DNA of 64,000 bases, from NCBI GenBank assembly GCA_038087875.1, contig CM076001.1:126001-190000 (forward strand), in the 5' to 3' direction. This document shows positions 25,720 to 37,928 of this stretch, in pieces. The DNA is from Malacoraja senta (taxonomy: Eukaryota). Position 1 is the first letter of the stretch. Every line of letters begins with the position of its first letter. The notes under the pieces were generated by a model that was not told the origin of the DNA, did no database searches, and worked only from the letters and a program-made list of their open reading frames with translations. The translations under genes and the position numbers were made by a program.

Positions 25720-26215
25720 GTCATAGGTCATTCATGATAAACATTCTCGGCAGCTGTGCTGCTGCATGTATACAGACCTGCGTTTCATCCGTAGTCAGGA
25801 TCGAACCCGGGTCTTCGGCGTTGCAAGCCTGTTGAATTGCTACTGGGCCATTCTCGTCCCCTCCCGAGTGTACCTTCCCTGTCTGGGGGTGGCCGGAGAT
25901 GTCCGGGGTGACCCTGGACTGACGGGACACCAGCCCGGAGCAGTGGAGATAGCGCTTCTTCTCCGCACTGGCTGTAAGCCTGGGCCACCACTGCAACGGG
26001 CCAGTGTCCCGTCAGTCCAGAATTACCCCAGACATCTCTAGCCACCCTCGGACAGGGATGGGACACTTGGGAGGGGATGGGGACGGTCCAGTAGCAATTT
26101 AACAGCGCTTGCAGCGCCGGTGTCCCGGGTTTAATCCTGACTACGGATGAAACACAGCTTTGTATACATGCAGCAGCACAGTTGCCGAGAATGTTTATTG
26201 TGAGTGACCTTTGAC
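25720..26215. repeat. ~495-bp fold-back palindrome (MITE-like)
   Basis: Arms 25720-~25935 and ~25995-26215 are diverged reverse complements, e.g. TAAACATTCTCGGCAGCTGTGCTGCTGCATGTATACA vs TGTATACATGCAGCAGCACAGTTGCCGAGAATGTTTA. Confidence 0.85.
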
Positions 26216-26458
26216 AAATCCCATGATTCCTTGCATTTTTCGGAATACCGGACCCGACTGTTCTGAGGAAAAGCCGTTCTGTTGGTGCACCCATCATATG
26301 GATGAGACATCAGGCTAGCACTCCATCTGCTTTCTCAGAGAGAAGAACCCAAGGCATAATAATTTTGATAAAGGTTATCACCCATGTTCTGAACAACTTA
26401 CAAGAGCAGATTACCTGATTCGTATCACACTGCTGTGTAAACTTGCAACATGCAGTGG

Positions 26459-26620
26459 CACAAATGCTGGAGTAACTCAGCGGGACAGGCAGCACTGGAG
26501 AGAAGGAATGTTTCAGGTCTTGACCTGAAAAGTAACCCATTCCTTCTCTCCAGAGATGCTGCCTGAGCCGCTGAGTTACTCCAGCATTTTGTGTCCATCT
26601 TCGGTGTAAAGCAGCATCTA
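26459..26620. mobile_element. Inverted pair of Penelope-like terminal repeats (hairpin)
   Basis: AAATGCTGGAGTAACTCAGCGG...CCGCTGAGTTACTCCAGCATTT. Confidence 0.7.
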
Positions 26621-26624
26621 TCTG

Positions 26625-27117
26625 ATGCTGCTCTATCAGAAGAAGCCACCACTGCCGGCCCGCGGCTTACTTCTACCACGGGCCCGGCGTGGACTTACTA
26701 TCACCCCTGGAGGGGAGCTTCGACCGCCGGCCCTGCTGTCTGCAGTGCTTCTGGCTGCGGCGCGGCGGGGACTTTAAATCTTCGACCGCCGGCCTGCGGC
26801 CTACACCATCTTGAAGCCGCAGTCTCTGGTGGGGAGGCACCGATTCAGGACTTATCTGAACTTACCTTGTCTGAACATCTGGACGCCCGCAGCGACGGTT
26901 GCAGAGGGTTGAGGTCCCGACCACGGGGGGAAATGGAGGACTGGCCAAATTTTGTGCCTTCCACCACAGTAATGAATGCTGTGGTGGATGTCTGTGTTCA
27001 ATTTTTATTGTGTATTGTGTGTTCTTTATCATTGTACCGCTGCTGGCAAATTCATTTCACTTGCACTTTATGTGCAATGTGACGAATAAAACCATATTGT
27101 ATTGTATTGTATTGTAT
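26625..27117 (+). mobile_element. LINE 3' end (L2/Rex-like) with (ATTGT)n tail
   Basis: GC-rich body, TTCATTTCACTTGCAC...GTGCAATGTGACGAATAAA, then a pentamer tail; interrupts the Penelope repeat. Confidence 0.55.
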
Positions 27118-27167
27118 CTGCAGTTCCTTCCTACCCATACAGTGTGGCTGCAGCGTTCCTAGTATTA

Positions 27168-28614
27168 CAGTGCATTCAGAAAGTATTCAGACCCCTTCGC
27201 TGTTTCTACACTTTGTTATGTTACAGCCTTATTCTAAAATGGATTAAATTCATTTTATTTATCATCAATCTACACACAATACCCCATAATTAAACAACGA
27301 AAACAGGTGTTTAGACATTTTTGTAAAGTAATAAAAAAGAAATAACTGAAATATCACGTTAACGTAAGTATTCAGACCCTTTACTCAGTACTTTGTTGAG
27401 GCACCTTTGGCAGAGATGACAGCCTCAAGTCTTCATGGGTATGAAGTTACAAGTTTGGCACCTGTATTTGGGTAATTTCTCCCATTCTTCTCTGCAGATC
27501 CTCTCAAGATCTGTCAGGTTGGATGGGGAGCGTCGAGCACAGCTTTTTTCAGGTCCAGAGATATTCGATTGGGTTCAAGTCCGGACTCTGGCTGGGCCAC
27601 GCAAGGGCATTCACGGACTTGTCACAAAGCCACTCCTGCGTTGTCTTGGCTGTGTGCTTAGGGTTGTTGTCTTATTGGAAGGTGAACCTCCACCCCAGTC
27701 TGAGGTCCAGAATGCTCTGGAGCAGGTTTTCATCAAGGATCTCTCTGTACTTTGCTCCGTTCTTCTTTCCCTCGATCCTGCCTAGTCTCCCAGTTCCTGC
27801 CGCTGAAAAACATCCCCACAGCATGATGTTGCCACCACCATGCTTCATCGTAGGTAAGGTATTAGCCAGGTGAAGAGTGGTGCCTAGTTTCCTCCAGATT
27901 TGATGCTTGGCATTCAGGCCAAAGAGTTCAATCTTGGTTCCATCAGACCAGTTTCTCATGGTCTGAGAGTCCTTTAGGTGCCTTTTGGCAAACTCCAAGA
28001 GGGCTGTCATGTGCCTTTTACTGAGGAGTGACTTCCGTCTGGCTACTCTACCATAAAGGCCTGATTGGTGGAGTGCTGCAGATATAGTTGTCCTTCTGGA
28101 AGGTTCTCCCATATCCACAGGAACTCTGGAACTCTGTCAGAGTGACCATCGGGTTCTTGGTCACCTCCCTGATCAAGGCCCTTCTCCCCCGATGGCTCAG
28201 TTTGGTCGGGCGGCCAGCTCTATGAAGAGTCCTGGTGGTTCCAAAGTTTTTCCATTTAAGAATGACGAAGGCCACTGTGCTCTTCGGGACCTGCAATGTT
28301 GCAGAAATTGTTTTATACCCTTCCCCAGATCTGTGCCGCAACTCAATCCTGTCTCGGAGGTCTATGGACAATTTTGCTCAATTTTGAGTGTCATGGCAAA
28401 GGGTCTGAATACTTATGTAAATGTGATATTTCAGTTATTTCTTTTTAATTACGTTTCAAAAATTTCTAAACACCTGTTTTCGGTTCTTCATTGTGAGGTA
28501 TTGTGTGTAGATTGAAGATTAATTTTTTTTTTTTTTTATCCATTTTAAAATTAGTCTGTAGCGTAACAAAATGTCGAAAAAGTGAAGGGGTCTGAATACT
28601 TTCTGAATGCACTG
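27168..28614 (-). mobile_element. Tc1-family DNA transposon with decayed transposase
   Basis: TIRs CAGTGCATTCAGAAAGTATTCAGACCCC (about 220 bp, with inner direct repeat); TA TSD at 27166-27167 and 28615-28616; ORFs DLRDRI...[31 protein letters not shown]. Confidence 0.95.
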
Positions 28615-29514
28615 TACGTCAATGCCCACAATTTTAAAATAGCCCTGCGGCTGCAAAGCTCTTTTGAAGAATCTAAGAGGGCATTATGTAAATTCAGGTC
28701 TATGTTTCCTCTTCAAATCAGATGATTGCAAATTCCATTCTAACTACAGAGATTTATTCCAGTGTTTCTTATTTGATGATCCCTATCCTAAGCCTTCAGG
28801 GATTGCTACACCGCTGCAGGTTCTGTGAATTGAATGAGACATTAAACCAAGGCCTGGCCTTCCCATACTGGTGCATCTAGAACATTGGTTACTGATGGTT
28901 CACTTCCAAATTAGGTGTAGGGAGAAGGGGCGTCAAATTCTTCATGTAAGAGCAACATTTACCAATTTTTCACAATATGTAGTCCCAAAATGTTGATTGG
29001 GACTCTGTGTGCCATTAGAAACACCCATTGAACAATGAAACCACAGAACTAGAAAATCAATGGGCCTGAACAGGTGATGAATTGCTGGCATTAACCCCCT
29101 CAAAACGTTCTGGCTGTGCTCTGATGGAGATTCCCTGCATACATTTCACTTTAACTCCAGCAGGGAAACACAAATTTACTGCAACTTCCCAGCCAACAAA
29201 CTGGAGCACAATCCACTAAATGTCCACAAATAAATGTAGGTCTATTCTTATTATATAAAATATTCTGAGATTTCACGACTTTTTAGATTGAGTTTATTTT
29301 AATATTTTATCACTGTGCAAGTGTTTAACAGCGTTACTGTTAAATAAAATTCATATTTTGTAAATTAGTTGAATGGCACAGTGACACTGCTCACAGCTGC
29401 AGTTACTTCGGTTAGATCCCGACTTCCGGTGCTGTCCCATGTAGAGTTTGCTGGTGGGAATGTTTGGAGAATAAGTTACAAGGAAAAAAAGAGAGAGGAT
29501 TGAGATTGCTCCAG

Positions 29515-29650
29515 GATTGCTCAGTCTGAAGAAGGGTCGCGAACAAAAACGTCATCTATTCCTTCTCTCCAGAGATGCTGCCTGTCCCGCTGCGCTACTC
29601 CAGAATTTTGTGTCTATCTTTGGTGTAAACCAGTATCTGCAGTTCCAACA
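29515..29650 (+). mobile_element. Penelope-like terminal-repeat fragment
   Basis: CTGAAGAAGGGTCGCGAACAAAAACGTCA...GATGCTGCCTGTCCCGCTG. Confidence 0.65.
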
Positions 29651-30139
29651 TGTCTTCCCAACCACTATCTACTTGCGTTTCAACCATCAGGGAGCTATGA
29701 ACTTGGACTCCAAGATCCCTCTATACTTCAATCTTGTTAAGGTCTTTCCATGAATCGTATATTTTCCCCACACATTCAACCTCCAAAACGACAACACATC
29801 ACACTTTCTCAGATAAACCTTCATCTGTCAATTCTCCGCCCATTTCTGTAGCTGATCTATATCCGGCTATATACTTTGACAGTCTTCTGCACAGTCCGAA
29901 ACTCCTGCAAACTTGCTGCTGGAATAGCTCATTGCATCACTGGGAAAAGGAATGGTGACGTTTCAGGTCAGGACCCTGCTTCAGACTGGACATTTATGTC
30001 CAAGCCATTAAATATATCACAGACAGAGGTCTCGACACAAAATGCTGCAGAACTTCATTGGTCATAGATATCCAGCATGGATTATATTATTTTATCAGAA
30101 CCCTATGCATGAGCCAGTTCTGAGTGCAGCCTAAACTAA

Positions 30140-31800
30140 GAGGCTTGGTCAATGCTTTATGAAATCCATGATGACAAAGTCTCCTGCCCATGTCACCTCC
30201 TCAAAAAACTCAATCAATAAAGACCTGCCATGTAATCAGCCCATTCTCTTCAATATGGGAATACATCCTATTCCAAAGAATCCTCTCTTATAGCTTCCCT
30301 ACCACTGACACGAGGTTCACCAGCCTACAATTCCCAGGATTCTCCTAAATAAAGGAATAACATTGGCTATTTTCCAGTCCCACAGTACCTCGCCTGTGGC
30401 TAGGGAAGCTGCAAAGATGCATTTACCAAGGCTCCTGCAATCTCCTCTTAATAACCTGGGAATTGATCACCTTAATGCTCTTCAAGAGACCCGACACCAC
30501 TTCCTTCTTGATTTCTATCTCCCACTGGATATTGGGGGACCGATAGTACAATCCTATTAGAGCTCTACCTATGTCACCTCAGTTGACAACTCCTGCAGTG
30601 TGTCACCCTGACATTCTCCCTGATTAGTCGGGCAACTCCTCCATCTTTTATTCACCTCACTACCACATTTGAAACATCAAAACCCTGGAATGTTGAGTTG
30701 ACAGTTAAATCACTTTCCCAACCAGGTTTTTGGAATGGTCACGACACCATGGTCCCATGCAGTAATGCAGCTACAGGTTCACCTGCTTTACCTATAGTAC
30801 TCCTTGCATTGAAATAAACACATTTCACCCCATCAGCTTCATATATTCATTACCTTTCCATGCTCATCCCTCCATTGAGAATTGTTGTTCCGAACCTCCA
30901 CCTTCCCACCCGTCTTTCCATTTGCTGACCTTCTACTCTGGTTTCCATTCACTGCAACACTAGTTTAAACCCACCCAAGCAGCTCTAGCAACCCACCCCC
31001 CCTTGCAAGGACATTGGTCCTCCTCCAGGTCAGGTCCAACCTGTCCCTCCTCTTTGAGTCACCTGTATCCCAGAAGAGATCCTAATAGTCTGAAAATCAG
31101 AAACCCTGTCCCCCTTACACCAACTCCTGGCCACACATTCATCAAACCTATCTTCCTAATCCTATCCTCACAAGCACATGGAACTGAGAATAATCCAGTT
31201 TACTCCCCTCACGTTTCTGTCTTTTAATTTTTTGCCTCAGTATCCATTCAGCAGGACCTCATCAATTTTCCTACCAATGTAATTTGTGCCAATGTGTACA
31301 ATCGCTTCCTGCTGCTCCCCTCCCCATTGAGAACGTTCTGCAGCTGCTCCAAGACACCCTGGAGCCAGAGAGGCAACACACCATCCTGGAGGCTCATTTG
31401 CTGCCACACAATCTCCTGTCCGTCACCCTAATTATTGAGTTCTCCATCACTCTGGTCATTCCTGACTATCCCCTTCCCCACTGTGCCACCGAGCCTGTAG
31501 CAATACCACAGACTCGACTGCTGCTGCTCTCCTCTGATGGGCCATTCCCACCACCTCACTATAACTCTTGTCTATGACAGACACTCACACACCCTGATGT
31601 GACCGAGGTTGTCCAGCTGCAGCTCCAGTTCCCCAATGCAGTCTGTAAGGAGCAGCAGCTGAACACAGCTCCTGCAGGTGTAGTCCTCAGAGACACCAAC
31701 TTCCTGCAGTGTCAGCATTCCATTATCCCACCTGCCTACTGCACTAAGACCAAGGGAAAAAAAGAAAAGATCACACAAAAAAATAGATCATATCCTAACC
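30140..31800 (-). mobile_element. Old, fragmented CR1 including an ORF1 remnant
   Basis: 31572-31778 EDYTCRSCVQL.LL...I.ELELQLD.L (CR1 ORF1 N-terminal zinc finger/coiled coil); decayed EN and RT pieces. Confidence 0.6.
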
Positions 31801-31869
31801 TGCTGTCAACCTCTGCTCAGCGTCTTGCTGAGGTGTGAGTTTTCTACAGAAGGTGTTGGATATATGGGA

Positions 31870-34266
31870 CCGACATCATACAACTTTATAAAGGCTTACT
31901 TTTAATAATTGCCAGTCATCACAACGTTTAAAAGAAACTAACACAACTAGTGAATGTTTGGAAAACTCGCTCTTCTTTTGAATATTTTCCTCAATGTTCT
32001 ATTTCGTGTCAGCTGGAGTAACTTGTTGTGTTAAGGAGTTAAGGAGAAACTCCTTAAATTAGCATGTTAAATAACTGCAACAGTAAAACCTTGTAGGAAT
32101 TTAATATAGACAAGACCAGGGGGGACCCCCCCCTCCACCCTCCCTCTCCCCCCCCCCCCCCCCGATCTCACTCCCCCCCTCTCCACCACTCTCTCTCTCT
32201 TTCTCTGCCTCGGGGAGGGGGTAGAGAGGGAGGCGGAGGGGGTAGAGGCAGCAGCTACCGAAATCATAGAGCACAAGCCTCCCCATGATGAGTCGGGCCC
32301 GAGATAGGTTGCGGGCGTCGTTGACCAGAGCGAGGCCCGCAGCACTCTGAGGACTATGAAAAACAGTGGAGGGCTGGAAGCGCACTCACCAGAGTGACAG
32401 ACAAATGTGCGGGGAAGACGGAGAGGAAGCCATCCCCTGTGACAGGCGAGATGGCGACTTTTCAACTGCGCTTGGCTTCGCCCACGCTGCAATAACGGCC
32501 GCCGCCGCCATGTTGTTGAACTTGATGAAGCCCAGTGGAGTGCGCTGCAAGACTTGATCATGTGTTCATGGGCTTCAAACCAGAGCCCGTGGGGAGGGGG
32601 GAGGGGGGAGGGGAGGGCGGCTGGGCCACGTAACTGGCTGCACATTGAAAAGTTTGCGCAGCTGGTCGTGAGGAGCAAAGGCATTGTGATGTCATGCAGC
32701 TCGCTTCAGATTCAGTTATATTTTAAAACAATTTTAGTAAAAAACTCGGGAAATAATGAACTCGATTTTCAGATGAGGAGATTTGTTGAATTTATGAGGT
32801 AAATCTCTATCGGAATATGTAAAAATGTATCCGTTACCACGTCGGGTTTTGGAGATGTGACCGACAACCAAATAAACAAACTAACGAAGAGAGTTTTAAT
32901 AGTTACTAGACCAAGTGCAGACCCGTTGGGTCTGTTCCCCCAACGTGCGGTTGCGGGGAGGGGGGGAAGCATGCGGCGTCACACACACTAACTACCCCCC
33001 CCCCCCGCACACATGCTAACTACCCCCTTGATATTATATTAATATAATTAATTTGCTCCTTTTACCCCATAACGGCGCTATCTACTGACGCATAGCCCCC
33101 AACTCGCAGGCGCTTCTAGAGAGGGAGGGGGGGTAGAGAGTGAGGGCAGAAAGAGATGGGGCAGAGACAGAGAGAGAGGGGCAGAGACAGAGAGAGGGGC
33201 AAGATACAGAGGGAGAGGGGGTGGAGGGGAGGAGAGGGAGGGTGGGAAGGGAGGGGGAAAGGTGGGGGAAGGGAGGGGGAGAGGTGGGGGAAGGGAGGGG
33301 GAGAGGTGGGGAGAAGGGAGGGTGAGAGGTGGGGGGAAGGGAGGGGGGAGGGGGTGAGGGGGAGGGGGTGGGAGGGGGGAGGGGTGAGATGGGGGTATGG
33401 ATGGGAGGAGCGAAGGGGTGAGGGGGGGAGTGGAAAGGGGGGGAGAAGGGAGGGAGGAGAAGGGGGGGAGAGGGGGGGGAGGAGAGGGGGGGTTGTTACA
33501 GAACTGAACACTGTGGAATGAATCCATTAACGGGGGAGCCGCTCACGGTTAAGTCTGTGAAAGCGGCCCCATCAGAGACTGTGAGCAGCAGCAGGGTTCA
33601 CTATAGGAAGGACCATTGCGCCTATTGTAGCGGGTGGCTGCTCATTCACTCACACCCCGTCCTTTACCCTGCCCGCCCGTTGCCTTATCTCTTGTCCCCT
33701 GAAGCAGGTCGGTCGGGCACAGTTGCCAGAAGCTGAAAACTAAATATTGCAGCGGGTAAACTGAGGCTGTGGTTCTGGCCACAGCCGTCATTCTGCTCTG
33801 TCTGGGGGGAGAGGGCGAGTGGGGGTGAAGTGGGGGTGAAGGGTGGAGAAGAAGGGGAGGAAGGGGGAGAGAGGTGAAGTGGGGCGGGTTGGAGTGAGTG
33901 GGCAGGCAGGCAGGCAGGCGGGTGGGAGTCCAGCTGCGGGAGGTGTGGCGCGAGCGTACTTGGAGGCATATTGGAGGCAGGTGGGCCTGGATTGTTCGGC
34001 ATGTGGGCATTGTGACATCAGCAGCTGCTGAGTTAAAGAAAACAGTAAGTTTTGTGAAGGGTTTTATTGAAAATGTGTACAGAAAAATGACCAAATTTAA
34101 TTAGTGGATATGCGAATGTAAAAGTAAAATCGCTAGCGAAATGGTAAAAATCTCGGCGTTTTTGCGTCTGGTTTTCGCGGAGTAACGAATCAAAGGCAAA
34201 ATCAACGGCAAAATCAAAATGACATAGACCCACACACACACCGAGTTTTAAAAGTATATAGATAGA
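31870..34266 (-). mobile_element. Non-autonomous Helitron (3' end not seen) with a second Helitron (32906-34262) inserted in its 5' end
   Basis: Host end AGTTTTAATAGTTA|TAGA is split at A|T. The inner element has CTAG plus hairpin at 32906-32935 and the TCTATATAC 5' end at 34262. Confidence 0.8.
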
Positions 34267-34317
34267 TATGATGAAGTAAACTGGTGTGTGATAAATAAGG
34301 AATTCAATTACATCTTA

Positions 34318-34470
34318 CGTGTAGGAAGGTACTGGTGATGCTGGTTTACACAGAAGACCAACATAAAAAGCTGGAGTAACTTAGCCAGTCAGGCAGCATC
34401 TCGGGAGAAAAGGAATATGTGACATTTTGGGTCGAGACCCATTCTTCAGACCCAAAACATCACCTATTCT
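34318..34470 (-). mobile_element. Penelope-like terminal-repeat fragment
   Basis: Reverse complement reads CTGAAGAATGGGTCTCGACCCAAAATGTCAC. Confidence 0.65.
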
Positions 34471-34679
34471 AATTGTTGGAAGTATGGTCTCTCCTGAGAT
34501 TCCCAATGACTGTGGTTTAGTGGTCTGATAAACGACTCCTGGAGTTTTCAACAATACTTTATTCGAAAGTTCAAGTTGCAGCATACAGGTTTAACAGACA
34601 CGTCTGTCCACATCGGTGGTCAGCGCTGAACTAACGCGTGCAAGGGAAAAAACGCGCAAAAACGACAGCCCCTCCCGAG

Positions 34680-37600
34680 TCACGTGACCGCGGCTTCTGA
34701 ACGCTGGGTTCGATATCTGCGTGCGCTAGCAGCCGCCGCTACATGGCCCCCCAGAATCCGCGGTACGGAAACGCACGGGTAAACGGACGGTACGACCGGA
34801 ACGCGTAGTCCGAGGTCGTGGGGCGAGCGTAACATTTGGGACCGGTACAACAGGACTGGAGGGACATGAAAACGCGAACAAGGGGCGGGCGTAACAAAGG
34901 GAACCGTAGAAACGCGACCGGAGGAAACAGGTGCAGAGGGCGGCAAAATAGCAGGTGGACGTCCTCTACGCCGTGGAGTAGCCACTGTTACTGGGCAATC
35001 CTCGTCAACGTGTGCAGGCTTAATGTGGCTCACCGAGACGAATTCCTCCTTGCCACCCATGTCCAACGTGAACGTCGATACTCCAGTACTGAGTACCCTG
35101 TACGGACCCTCATACACCCGCTGTAACGGCGAGCGATGAGCGTCTCTACGGAGAAAAACATAAGCACAATCCCGTAAAATAGTAGGCACATGCACTGAAG
35201 ACGAACCATGCCGGGAAGTGGGAACCGGGACCAAAGCGTGCGCCCGCTCGCGAAGGTCCGCTAACAACTGTGAGGTTGAGACCTCCTGGTCCGGAGGGAC
35301 AGGCAAGAAATCCCCTGGAACCTGCAAAACCGAGCCATAAACTAACTCGGCCAAGGAGGCTTTGAGGTCCTCCTTAGGCGTTGTTCTGATGCCAAGGAGG
35401 ACACAAGGTAACTGGTCGACCCAATCAGGGCCGGTGAGTCTGGCTTTTAACGGCGACTTAAGGTGCCGGTGGTACCACTCAACTAACCCGTTAGACTCGA
35501 GGTGATAAGCGGTAGTCTGGTGCAGCTTCGCCCCGTACAGCTGCGCCATACCACACCACAATGAAGACGTGAACTGGGCTCCCCTATCGGTGGTAATGTG
35601 TGAGGGGACCTCGAAACGAATGATCCAATGGGATACCAAGGCCCTCGTGCATGCATCACCAGAGGTATCCGCCAACGGGATTGCCTCCGCCCACCTGGTA
35701 AACCTGTCTACGATAGTCAGTAAGTGGGTAGCCCCGCGCGAACAAGGCAAGGGACCTACCAGGTCTACATGGATGTGCAGGAACCTGCCGTCCGGGACGG
35801 CGAAATCCTGGACCGGCAGGTGTACATGTTTCTGCACTTTGGAGGTCTGGCACGAGAAGCAGGAACGGGCCCATGCAGCGACCTGCTTCCTTAACCCGTG
35901 CCAAACAAACTTCGCCGTGACCAAGGCAGAGGTGGTGTGAATGGACGGGTGCGCTAGGCTGTGGATGGTGTCGAAAATCCGACGACGCCAAGCGACCGGG
36001 ACAATAGGACGGGCTTTACCGGTGGAAATATCACAAAGGACTTCCATGCCGGAGTTGCCGCAAGGCACTCTTACCAGCTTCAGTCCTGATTCAGCATTGC
36101 GGTAAATCTCCATACCGGCGTCTGCCTGTTGGGCGGCTGCCAGCTCCTCGTAATCAACGCCGAGACTAAGCGTCGAAACTTCAGGCAGCTCTGGACGGGA
36201 CAACGCGTCGGCCATAACATTTAGCTTACCTGCCACATGCCGAATATCAGATGTGAATTCGGAAATGTAGGCGAGGTGCCGTTGCTGTCTGGCGGACCAA
36301 GGGTCAGAAACCTTGGACAAGGTGAAAATTAACGGCTTGTGGTCGGTGAATGCAGTGAAAGCACGCCCCTCCAGGAAATATCGAAAATGACGGATTGCTA
36401 GGTAAAGCGCAAGGAGCTCCCTGTCGAAAGCGCTGTATTTAACTTTCTCAACGCCAGCGGTACCCAGCGATTACCTGCCCGCTGCTAGAGGACGGCGCCC
36501 ACCGCAACGTCGGAGGCGTCCACAGTGAGGGCCGTTTGGGCCGAAGCCCTAAGGTGTACCCGCATGGTGGCGTCGGCCAATGCGGTCTTAGCCCCCTCGA
36601 ACGCCTTCTGTGCCTCTTCGGACCAGACCAGGTCCTTGGGCTTACCGGCCAGGCATTGGAACAACGGCCGCATGATGGCGGTTGTCGACGGGACGAATCG
36701 ATGATAAAAGTTAACCATCCCGATAAACTCCTGCAGACCCTTGACCGATAATGGCCTGGGGAAATGACGGACAGCGTTGACTTTCTCGGGCAGTGGTTGC
36801 GCTCCCTGAGGTGATGCTATGCCCTAGGAATGAGATGGAGCGCAGACCGAACTGGCACTTCTCGGGGTTGGTCACCAACCCGTGTTTGTGCAGCCGTTCG
36901 AAAAGTAGGTGGTGGTGCTTGGTGTGCTCTGCCTGCGAGCGGCTGGCTACCAGGATGTCATCTAGGTAGATGAAAATAAATGGTAAACCCCAGCCGACCT
37001 GATCCATTAGCCTCTGGAACGCCTGAGCTGCGTTCTTCAAGCCAAAAGGCATTCTGAGCCACTCGAAAAGGCCGAAAGGGGTAATGGTGGCCGTTTTAGG
37101 GACGTCGTCGGGGTGGACCTGGATTTGATTATACCCGCGGATAAGGTCGACCTTTGAGAAAATGATCGCACCTTCTAGATGGGCAGAGAAATCCTGGATG
37201 TTCGGGACTGGATTCAAACTGGATAGTTACTGCGTTCAAACGCCTGTAATTGCCGCAAGGTCTCCAGCCCCTGGACGCTTTGAGCACCATGTGTAACAGG
37301 GAAGCCCAAGGGCTATCCAACCGGCGGACAATCCCCATGTCCTCCATAAGTTGGAACTCGTCTCGTGCGATGCGCAGTTTATAGGGCGGGAGACGGCGTG
37401 CGCGGGCGTGTACCGGCGAACCCTCGGTGGGAATGTGGTGGACCACGCCATGATGGGGCGCGGCCCCGTCAAACCGGGGCGTGAGCAACCCTGGAAAGTC
37501 GGCGAGCAGGGCTGTGAAAGGTTGCTGGATCTCAGCTACCTCGGCGCGTTGCTGCAGGGGCATTGACGGGTTGCGCGGCTTGGTAGGGCGTGGTCCCGGC

Positions 37601-37928
37601 ACAGGGATCATGCGACCACCCCATACATCTACTAACAGGGAGAACGCGTGCAAGAAATCGCCCCCCAGGATCGGTTGGGCGACGTCAGCAACGATAAACT
37701 TAGTTTCGCGGTCCGCGTGCCGTATCTGCGAATATCGCTTCCGTTAACGGGCGAAAGGACATGTCCCACCTTACCAGCACAAACGTCTCGGGCGCTTGGA
37801 GGCAGGATACTGGCATGCGCACCTGAGTCCACCAGGAAACGGTGTCCGGAATGGCGATCACAGACGAAGAGGCATACGTTGGGGCCGATCGCGTTCGCCT
37901 TTATGGACGATCGGCCTGGGCGTTTCCC
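34680..37928 (-). pseudogene. pol: Gypsy Pol (PR, RT, RH, IN) with several frameshifts/indels; integrase part open (34680-36320)
   Basis: FLVDSGA protease; KTA.ITPFGLFEW.RMPFGLKNA, YLDD; VDAS RNase H; H..AH...C..C zinc finger, HVDLVGP, TDRG.QF, NGLVE..H, GPY. Confidence 0.92.

Noticed and set aside
33078..33527. Extensin-like ORFs and G-quadruplex-rich tract
   Set aside because: Low-complexity polypurine tract inside a Helitron; no evidence of coding or specific function.
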